A stretch of 63,216 nt of DNA, filler included, from Pelomyxa schiedti (Eukaryota > Protista > Evosea): assembly GCA_020536535.1 (NCBI GenBank). It is 12 parts of 12 records of this genome, joined end to end, with 100 filler letters (N's around TTAATTAATTAA, not from the genome) between each part and the next. Parts side by side here need not be neighbours in the genome. Positions count along the whole stretch, not along the records: positions 1 to 13,317 come from JAHLWZ010001197.1; positions 13,418 to 19,711 come from JAHLWZ010001433.1; positions 19,812 to 32,608 come from JAHLWZ010001200.1; 9 more parts are not named here. One strand, 5' to 3'. Shown in pieces: positions 12,511 to 21,141 of this stretch. Positions within the stretch are counted from its first letter, which is position 1, and every line of letters starts with the position of its first letter. Below the pieces are notes generated by a model. It did not search any database. It saw nothing but the letters and a program-made list of their open reading frames with translations, and was not told where the DNA came from. The position numbers and the translations under genes are program-made.

Positions 12511-13317
12511 GCGTCTTATTAAGTATATATAAATAAATACTTAATAATAAGTATTTATTTTTTATTAAGAAGAGCACATGTTATGTTATACCTCCTCTTT
12601 ATTATTCAAAGTAGGGGGGGAAAAAAAAGCACACCGACAGTTCGGCCTTTCTCCAGAAATCAACACCAAAACCATAATCCCCGGCGACACAAATTGTATC
12701 GTCGTCTGGGTTTTTTGTCAAGCCCACAACCACCACCCCTGTGGACCAAGGAAGAGTGAAAAGTTCTGTGTTATTTGTAGAGAGTGACTTAACAACGAAC
12801 CGAAAGTACCTTTGAGTGCCGCAATGTCGCCTACAACCGCTTCGAAAGTACCCTGCATCTCGGGTTGGGTTGACGTACTTGATTTGTGGGATCTATAAAA
12901 CCCCCTTTGAAGCTGAACACAGTAAGAGTACAGGATACAGCAGTGTCCCATCACTCCTTACCACTCACATAATCCTGGCTGGTGAGTCGTCGTCTGAAAC
13001 CCGTAGTTTTTTGTGATGCTTACAGTGACATACGGTCTTTTGGCCATTGATGATTGATCTGATGAACAGCAAACCAACAACAAGTGAGAAAATGGGGTTT
13101 GGTGAGTGACGGGAGCCCATTGAGTGATGTGCACAAGGCTACACAACAACTTGAACAAAAACACTAAAAAGTGTTCGTTCTGGAACACCAGATAGAAGTG
13201 AAGTCCCAATGGTCCACAGATTAACCAGTCAGAGAGCCTTGGTTGGTCGTGAAGAAGGGGTCTGGTGGAGGTCATTGATTGTGATGGTGATGCGAAGCTT
13301 CTTTGGCACTGGGCTGA

Positions 13318-13417
13318 NNNNNNNNNNNNNNNNNNNNNNNNNNNNNNNNNNNNNNNNNNNNTTAATTAATTAANNNNNNNNNNNNNNNNNNNNNNNNNNN
13401 NNNNNNNNNNNNNNNNN
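13318..13417. other. Artificial contig linker N44-TTAATTAATTAA-N44 (also at 19712, 32609, 34391, 35651, 41327, 43208, 54713, 56597, 57770, 61104)
   Basis: Identical 100-nt structure occurs 11 times and contains stops in all six frames. Confidence 0.99.
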
Positions 13418-14393
13418 TTCCGTCAGAACTGAAGCCTCCTCTTGTGTCACTCACAGCAGACCCTACAGGTGCTATTGTAGCAGAAGCCGTTTCTGCCTTC
13501 CGAGAAAAAATCCGTTCAGCACATCTCCAGAGAGAGGTCTGCACCTCTCTCCATGACATCTAACCAATCAAACATAAGACGCAGAGGAAACAGACAGTGT
13601 GTCATGACATGATGAACCCACAGCAAGCAATTGCCATAAGGGATGGAGCAAGAAGGGTTCTTGGCGCTTTTCATGGGTGCATTGATGTCCTTCTCCCAAG
13701 GTTGTTCTCCCACATTAAGAAGGAGAGGGCAGAGCGGTCAGCATTGCAGCTGATTGATGATGAACAACAGCAAGACATGTTGGACGGAGAAAAGTGCTTA
13801 GAGCTGTCTGGCCTGCAGCTCTCCTCGCTTGTAGCCAGGTGTACCGAGTTAGTAAGCGAGCTACAGGAACTGGCAAAGTTCTATGGTGATTTGGCGCAGT
13901 GGTTCCAGGCCACTGCAACTTCAGTTCCTCAGTCATCCGCGTCCTCTCCAACGGCACCAGCCATACCGCCTCCTCCTGCACCAGCAACACCCACCAATAG
14001 CTGCCCACCCACTGGTGCACCATACGTGGTAACTGGGGTATGTATGTTACACTCACGCACACAACTCTCACAATGTTTCTCTCTTTCAATCAGGAGCTTG
14101 CTTGTAAAGTAATGAAGACAGTTCACCTGAGGCACACTGTTATGTACGTGGATCCAAGTATAATGCGCAGTACACTGGAGGATGCAAGAAGGGCACTGGA
14201 AGGCCTTTTCCAAATTGCCTACCCGGCAGCCAGTTCACAGGCCACTTTGACCGCCGTCACCAAGTTCTGCACATTGTGCTGGGCAGTCGCTGGCGCTCTC
14301 CAGGCAATTTATTTTCAGTACAAAGAACCACTTGAAGAATTTGTCAAGCTACTAGAAGCCGTTGTTGCCTCGTGCACCACTACAACCACGTGA
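13418..14393 (+). CDS. 5'-partial spliced uncharacterised helical protein; paralog of 9945-11227
   Basis: ORFs 13597-14112 and 14040-14393 are joined by a GT..AG intron at about 14038-14093. Motifs LLPRLFSHIKKERAER, LVARCTELVSEL...LAQWFQA and RRALEGL. Confidence 0.7.
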
Positions 14394-15700
14394 CAGTGAT
14401 CAATCCCATTCCCCCACCACTCTCCATCAGTGAAATAATCCCCTTATTGAAAAAAATCAGTTTCCCTTTTCACAACAATCGTGGGCACAAACCCCCAACC
14501 GTTGGTTTTTTTGTTTTCTGATGATAAAAACGTGGCATGCAGGGCATTGCTGTAAGGTTTTATTCCTGTGTCGATGGTGGATCGGGTCTGTATGGTATCG
14601 CCTTGCCTAACATGAGTTATGGGAGCCCAAAACCAGGCGCCTCTGTGGGTGGCATGGAACTAGTGCGGCGGTGGTGTTGGCGTCGCCGCACCGCAACTTG
14701 GCCGCACAAAAGGGCCCTCATTAGGGATCCAATTTGAAAGTAAGTTGAAGGTGTGAACCTACGAAAACTTCAAGCATTCTTCTCGGGGTCATCAGAGCCG
14801 GGGAATGGTGCCAATCACTCGTTCAGAGATGTCAAATTGTGTCACATTTCGTCAACTCCTTCATTCTCCTTTATGATCGTTTTGCTGAGAAGTCTGAGAC
14901 TAAATCCTTAGATCTGGTTGTTTTTCGGGTTTGTCAGAGTCTGATTAGGAACCCAGAGCAATTTTCCAACAGGGGACATTTCCAAACAAAAAAAAAAACC
15001 CAAAGGTGCTGCACCCACGAGCGGCACAGAGCCCGGCAAAAGCGACACCTGCGGCGCCGCCGATGCCGCTGCCGAGTCGCTACTACGCTGCCCCTCACGT
15101 CACCGGCGGCATCGTAGTCTACGACACCCAACTACAACAGCAACAACACATGCAATACCTGCTCCATCTACGACACCCAGTGCAACAACACAAGCAATAC
15201 CTTGCTTCAGCGACCCCACAATGGCAAACAACCGCCTCGTGTCACAGTCGTGGTGCATCATCATCGAGTATCATCTCATCTCATCATTCCAAATTGGTGG
15301 TGGTGACTCTTGCACCTGTGGTCATTTCATTTTGTGGTCATTTTGTGGTCATTTTGGCTGGCAGATATATGTACACCACTTTGACTGAGGAGAGCTTTGG
15401 CTTGGCAGAACAAAATGCAAGAGGAGACACATTTGGTGGTGTGGTTGGACTTATGCGAAATCGGAGAAGATCTGAGAAAATAAATAAAAATGTTCTGCAT
15501 CTAGGCGACCGGCAATCGTGCCACCGTTGTGCGGGACAACGTAAGGTGGACATACCGTGCAGCCAAAATGGTATCTCGGCTGTGGGGTGGGGCTGGTGGT
15601 GCGGCGAGACGCGTCGTGCGGCGAGACGCGTCGGGGCAGTGGATGACCGATGGGTCTCCATCCACGAGGTGGTGTGCTGGCGTGTGGGGGCAGAGTGCTG

Positions 15701-15770
15701 TGCGTGGTGCGTGGTGCGTGGTGCGTGGTGCGTGGTGCGTGGTGCGTGGTGCGTGGTGCGTGGTGCGTGG
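15701..15770. repeat. (TGCGTGG)10 heptamer microsatellite
   Basis: Perfect tandem repeat. Confidence 0.97.
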
Positions 15771-17118
15771 GGTGCAGGGTGCAGGGCGGCTTCTGCCAAC
15801 AGTATATTTATTTGTTTATTGAGCTATTTTATTTAAATACATTTAATTAATTTTATACCATTTAATTAATATTTATTTATTTTGTTTTTTTTTATTTTAT
15901 TTTATTTTATTTAGTTACTTAGTCTTTTCTTTTTAGTTGTATGCAATGGACACAGTGGTATGTTTCTGTTTGTGTTTTAAGTCTTCCTCTCTCCCACTAG
16001 GGCCATCCATGGTTGTCGCACTTCAATGGATGGCTCAAGCCGGAACCTGCGTGTATGTTCTGTCTTCTCTGTTTTTATTTTTCGATTTCTCACCCCAAAA
16101 ACCAGGTGGTGTGGGTATCATGGAAGCATCACTGGCCTTCTGATCTCCAGCAGTTTGGCCACTAGTCTGTGGCTTCTTCTTTCTTCTTTTTCTCGTTTCA
16201 CCTATAGAATAGGTGGTGGATTTTCCACTTACAGTGTAACGTCACCAAGGTAAATCCCCTCTCCATATTCATCATCACCCCACTCAAACATAATAGGTAA
16301 CCCAGACTGACAGGCAGGTCCAGGAGAATACATGTGGCTTTGCTCCGCTTTCTCAGGTTCATTTACACCCTCAATCTTGCCTCACCTCCAATATCAGGTT
16401 TTTTTTTCCCCCACCATTCAACCTTGAACAGCCCTCCCAGTGTTGCACAGTGCTAGCGTTTTTGGCATTTCCGGCACAAGCAACACTGGTATGTGTCTCC
16501 TTTTTTTCTTTTTCAGTCTCTCACCTCTATTATTATTATTATAGATGGTGCCTTGCCGGCTTTGTAGCTGAGAGCCTGTCACCAATTTACATCCCCTCTC
16601 CCCTTTTATCTTCACCACACTCAACAATTCCACAGATGCCAGAAGGACTGACATCCACCTCACCTCCACACCCGCCACCCTCTTGCCCTTGCACACCCCA
16701 CTCTATCTCACATCTGTGCTCTGTGCCACCGCTGTGCTCCTCTACCCTCACCTCTGTGCCCTGGCCTGATGCCCATTTAGAACATCAGGCAAAAAAAAAA
16801 TATTTTTTTTTTAAAGTTCCATGAGTACCACGAGCTCCGTAAGGATTGAGGCAACCAACAGCCACGTTCTGGCATGGTGTGGTACCACACAGAAGGAAGA
16901 AAATAATTAAGAGATTAAAAGGAAAAAATTGTCAAATGACCACCCTGAAAAACGATGGCCTCTCGCCGCCGGCACCGTGTCACACACACAGTTGTACAAC
17001 GCCATCTCTCCGTGGCTCCAAAGCCCAGGATGTGTTGTTGGGAGGAGGAGATGCCACGGTCGGTCTCCAACGAGTCTCCGTTCAATCAAGAAAATGATGA
17101 TCTCTCAATAAACACCCG

Positions 17119-18279
17119 ATGAGTCAGTTGGGGGAAGGATGGGTGCTGGACAGCAACCACATCAAATTCGAGGAGCAGGTTGTGGCGTTGCTCACAGCGT
17201 CGCACCCTCGTTGCGGGAGGGACAGCGCGGCCGGGCTCCTTTCGTACAACACAAACCAGCCGCTCATCAGGCAGATTGTTGGCAACAAGTGGCGCCTGGG
17301 CCACGTTGTGATACAACCCAAGACACGGAACCGTGGCGGTTCATGCGGCCTGTCTTTGGCTGTGGGTGTGTCGATGTCGACGCTGGGGGTCACGTGCACC
17401 ACAGAGACCATGAGGAAGTACTATGTGAGTGGACTGGAGTGGATCGACAGCAGGCACTATCTCGCGCATGGACCTGATCCTGCTGTGGTGAATGCTGAGT
17501 GTGGTGCGAGGGTGGTGGTTCCTGGGATGGATAAAAGGACACAGATGTCTCTTGTGTGCAAGGGAAAGTGGATGGTTGACCACGCTGTGTGGAAGGTGTG
17601 GAGGGTGAAGGTGGGCGTTGATGGTAGCAGTGTGGATAGGATGACTGTGTCACAGCCTAGGACGGTTACACAGTGCTTCGAGAGTGGTGAGGGGGATTGG
17701 AGCTTCATCAACTTTGTTGGTGATAGATATGTGAGTGTAGGGAGTGTTCTTCGCCGAGGAACGGCATGTGGATTCCATCTTGTGGATATTGAGAAGGCAT
17801 TTGAAACGGGTGTGATGGTACCTGTTGATTCTGTGACTGCAATTTGCAGGCCAAACCTACCACCTACGAAGTTCTATTGCTTCTGGGGTTCAAAGAGAGT
17901 GGTTGCTGAAGTGGATCATGCCCTTTTGGAGTTGAGTGTCACTTCTTATTCTCCAAGGATCATCAGCAGAAAAATATCAAGATATCTTGTCATGGAAGAC
18001 TTCCTCATTCTGAGGAGAGGGCCTGATACCTCCAACCAGTTGGAAGTGTGGAACTTCAGTCGTGATTGTGATGAATACTGTGACCCCAGGAAGCTCACAT
18101 TCCCTGTGCGCAATGGGCACAGGCCCATGGCTGAGCCTGAACAAGCTGGGCCTTTCTTGATCATTGTGGAAGGGCTCCAAGTTCATTTGGTGGATCCCAC
18201 CTCTGGTCTCTTCCTATTTACACTGATATCTCCTGATCAGTGTTACCTTCCTCCCCTCAATGGTTCTTTTCTTCATTGA
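17119..18279 (+). CDS. Intronless 386-aa lineage-expanded family protein (QxxALxxxxxxRCGxxS ... GVSxxTLGVT; beta-rich C-terminus)
   Basis: Intact ATG-TGA ORF that shares its N-terminal motif and GVS..TLGVT with 43331-44545. Confidence 0.85.
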   Translation: MSQLGEGWVLDSNHIKFEEQVVALLTASHPRCGRDSAAGLLSYNTNQPLIRQIVGNKWRLGHVVIQPKTRNRGGSCGLSLAVGVSMSTLGVTCTTETMRKYYVSGLEWIDSRHYLAHGPDPAVVNAECGARVVVPGMDKRTQMSLVCKGKWMVDHAVWKVWRVKVGVDGSSVDRMTVSQPRTVTQCFESGEGDWSFINFVGDRYVSVGSVLRRGTACGFHLVDIEKAFETGVMVPVDSVTAICRPNLPPTKFYCFWGSKRVVAEVDHALLELSVTSYSPRIISRKISRYLVMEDFLILRRGPDTSNQLEVWNFSRDCDEYCDPRKLTFPVRNGHRPMAEPEQAGPFLIIVEGLQVHLVDPTSGLFLFTLISPDQCYLPPLNGSFLH

Positions 18280-18400
18280 TTACTCTAGTAACTACAAAAC
18301 AATGGAAGTTTTAAAGGGGGGAAAAAAAAACATCAATGACGGGTGGATAGAGAAGGCGCAGTCAAGTGGAGCACGTTTGAAATGCTGACCAATTACACCA

Positions 18401-19235
18401 CGGGACTTGGGGTAAAATACCAAAAAGACCAGTTTCCTGAGTGACATCCAGAAACACATGTGAACACTGTGTTGCCCACACTGTCGTGTTGCAGTGATTT
18501 TACTCGACGTCACACCCCAGACCCGTGGTGGACTTGTCCTGACACCCAAACCAGGCTGACGCACCACCGTGATCGAGGCCACTCCCTCCCCATTTTTCTC
18601 CCTCCAACACCCAAAGCATGGGCACACACGACGTTCAGAACGAAACCCAGCCGCCCGCGAAGTTTTTTTTGATTGGTTTTGGCGTCTTGTAAAAAAATCT
18701 GTGCATGACAAAAAAGGACGGTGGGTGCGCGGACGCACCAAAAAATCGATTTTGTGCGTCGTTTTTCTCGGCTACGGAGCCTCTGTGTGTCCTGGAAACA
18801 CGCTCCCCGGGCAGCCCCATCGACGGTCTGCCTGGGCTGCGCACTTCCCGCCAACTTGGAGGCCCCAGTGCGGAGAACCAGGCCCACGCACTTTTCACTT
18901 TTGGTGCGTCCACGCACCCACCAAAAATCTCTGTGCTTTTTCGCACACGCTGCTGGTTTTTTTCACGCACCAGTGCGTCCCGTTTTCCTCAGAAAATTTT
19001 CATCATTTTGTTTTTGCTCAGCCTTGGCGCCCGGAGCTTGTGGTTCGACGACGGTTAATGGCGTGGGTGGGTGTGGTTGGTCAGTGTTGTTGGCGACAGC
19101 TTGAGAAATGCCACTGCACATTGATTGTGGAAAAAATAACAAGGGAAGTGTGGTGGGGCCACACTGCGACTCACCACTTTCAAACTGTTACTCCCCACAC
19201 AAAACAGTCGTTTTGGCATTTTACCCCAAGTCCCG
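18401..19235. mobile_element. 835-bp non-autonomous TIR element (MITE-like)
   Basis: 29-bp terminal inverted repeats: CGGGACTTGGGGTAAAATACCAAAAAGAC (18401-18429) versus the reverse complement of 19207-19235, with 2 mismatches. Internal GACGCACC(AAAA) motifs occur in both orientations and there is no convincing ORF. A diverged copy of the left end lies at 33270-33471. No target-site duplication seen. Confidence 0.7.
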
Positions 19236-19239
19236 GCGT

Positions 19240-19309
19240 TGCCACTCTGGGGATCGAACCCAGGACCTTCGAATCCGCAGTTAGATGCTCTTCCACTGAG
19301 CTAAGTGGC
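19240..19309 (-). tRNA. tRNA-like gene or pseudogene, anticodon GCG (Phe/Cys-type body)
   Basis: GCCACT-TA-GCTC-AGTGGAA-GAGC-A-TCTAA-CTGCGGA-TTCGA-AGGTC-CTGGG-TTCGATC-CCCAG-AGTGGC-A. A and B boxes are intact, but the acceptor stem is only 6 bp and the anticodon stem has one mismatch. Confidence 0.75.
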
Positions 19310-19310
19310 T

Positions 19311-19385
19311 GCCGGCCAGGACTCGAACCCGGCACCTCAACATTCAGAGTGTCGATACGGCCCCCCTGTTGGACCGCTTTGCCAT
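19311..19385 (-). pseudogene. Degenerate tRNA-Gln(CTG)-like sequence directly upstream of the previous tRNA-like unit
   Basis: Anticodon arm CGACA-CTCTGAA-TGTTG and T arm CCGGG-TTCGAGT-CCTGG are clear. The D arm and acceptor stem are aberrant. Confidence 0.6.
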
Positions 19386-19811
19386 GATCAAGTGAGCCAC
19401 CCTTGGAAATTTGTGCGGACAGGGCGGAAGGACAAACACATGAAAAGTATCTCAGTTGGGATTGTGGGAAGGAACCCATTCGAATTCTTCTAAAAGTGCC
19501 TTTGTAGATTTTTAGGAATCAAAAGGCTTGTGTGGAAGCATAAGAGAGGGTCCGGCCAAAGGAGGTCTTCTGATTGGAATAATAGGTTGTAGTAGAAATT
19601 GGAATGGTGCAAGCCACGTCAGTGCAAAGCTTGATTCTTACACAGTTACTACTCCACACAACAGAACAGCGCTGTGGATTTTGGTGGGGCACTGATACCC
19701 CTCCTATCAGGNNNNNNNNNNNNNNNNNNNNNNNNNNNNNNNNNNNNNNNNNNNNTTAATTAATTAANNNNNNNNNNNNNNNNNNNNNNNNNNNNNNNNN
19801 NNNNNNNNNNN

Positions 19812-20993
19812 CCCCCCGCGTCCCCCCCGCCCGCGCCGCCTCCCCCGCCCCTGCCGCTGCAGCTCGCCACGCCGCCGGGGTGGTGGTGCCCCCACTCGCT
19901 GGCCCCCGTGGACTGCCGCCTGTGCATGCGCAAGCCCCCCCCGCCCGATTACTCCGTGGCCCCCCCGCCCCCTTCCTACTCGTCTACCCCCTCCTCGTTT
20001 GCATCCTCCTACTCGTACTCCTCGTCCTACGGCTCGGGCAGCAAGCACCTGCCGCTGGGGCCGCTGACGCCGGGAAGGGACTGGGAAATCGCGAGGGAGA
20101 GGGAGAGGGAGCGGGAGCGCGACCGTGAGCGCGGGAGGCACTTCGAGGAGGAGTTCAGGGCGTTTGGGGAGCGGAGGAGAGACGAGTCGCTGGATGAGCA
20201 CGTGGCAAGGCACTTTGAGGTTCTGAGCCAAGTGACTGCCATGGGGTTCAGCACTGATTCGGCACTGGCTGTGATGACACGAGGCTTCAGCGAGGGCAGA
20301 AGGACTTGGACCAGTGATGAAATGGTCGAGAAGCTGTTGGTTTTGCGTGCTTCAATGCCGGCGGAGAATAATCAGACAGTTTATGATGCAGTAAGCACGC
20401 AAAAGTTGGAGGGAGAAGAGTCGGCCCGGGTGCTTGATTTATCTGGAGCAACTGTGGGGAGTGCTTCTTACAATCCTGTGATTGGCAGTGATTCCACTCA
20501 GCAGGCGAGGCAAAAAAGGCTGTTGGAACTGCAAAAGGAACTGGTTAATCTGACCCAGAAGCAGATTCTATTGATGTCTGAGCAGAGAACACTTTTGGAA
20601 GAAGAACAAAAGGACACGGAACTACAGAAAGTAATTTCACAACCCGCCACAACAAACGCCACTTCGGTCACTCCCACTGCCGCAAACACGACAAATCCCC
20701 CATCCACAACCCTTTCAACAACAACGCCTGTGAGTAAAGCAGCAGAAACTTCTTCTTCTACAGTAACAACATCCTCCGCCGAAAAACCACGTTCAGATTG
20801 TTGCATAGTTTGCTTCATAGCTGAGGTAGTTTTCCACCCAACAAACGCATGTGTAACTCTACAACAGGTTAACTGTGTTTTAGTACCCTGTGGACACTAT
20901 GGGCTTTGCTTTAAATGTGCGGTATCAATGAAGGGAGTTTGCCCTGTCTGCCGGCTCCCAGTGTATCAACTTGTGCAAACCTATAAGTGTTGA
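19812..20993 (+). CDS. 5'-partial UBA-like + C-terminal RING (IAP/C3HC4_3-type) E3 ubiquitin ligase with PPxY motifs
   Basis: Frame is open from the contig start. It contains PPPDY and PPPSY, a UBA-like segment (AMGFS..ALAVM...EMVEKLL), a coiled coil and the RING CIVC..[42-nt intron 20826-20867]..VNCVLVPCGHYGLCFKCA..CPVCR at the C-terminus. Confidence 0.85.
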   Translation, partial: PPASPPPAPPPPPLPLQLATPPGWWCPHSLAPVDCRLCMRKPPPPDYSVAPPPPSYSSTPSSFASSYSYSSSYGSGSKHLPLGPLTPGRDWEIARERERERERDRERGRHFEEEFRAFGERRRDESLDEHVARHFEVLSQVTAMGFSTDSALAVMTRGFSEGRRTWTSDEMVEKLLVLRASMPAENNQTVYDAVSTQKLEGEESARVLDLSGATVGSASYNPVIGSDSTQQARQKRLLELQKELVNLTQKQILLMSEQRTLLEEEQKDTELQKVISQPATTNATSVTPTAANTTNPPSTTLSTTTPVSKAAETSSSTVTTSSAEKPRSDCCIVCFIAEVVFHPTNACVTLQQVNCVLVPCGHYGLCFKCAVSMKGVCPVCRLPVYQLVQTYKC

Positions 20994-21141
20994 ATGTAAC
21001 AGTCAATTTTGGATTGTAGAGCAACTGTTTGCAAACATTCTCTAAAGAAGAGGGCCACTTTAGGTACCCTATCTATCACACAAAGGACCTTCTCATAAAA
21101 CAGAGAAAAAGGGAAAAAAACAAAAACCGGTTGGTTTTTCG

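Noticed and set aside
15701-15770. Telomeric repeat
   Set aside because: Internal, short, and one of several G/T-rich heptamer microsatellites (also 38078-38176).
18292-19479. Overlapping long ORFs (e.g. 18569-19387) as a transposase
   Set aside because: No DDE or other motif; they run through the TIR and tRNA-like sequence.
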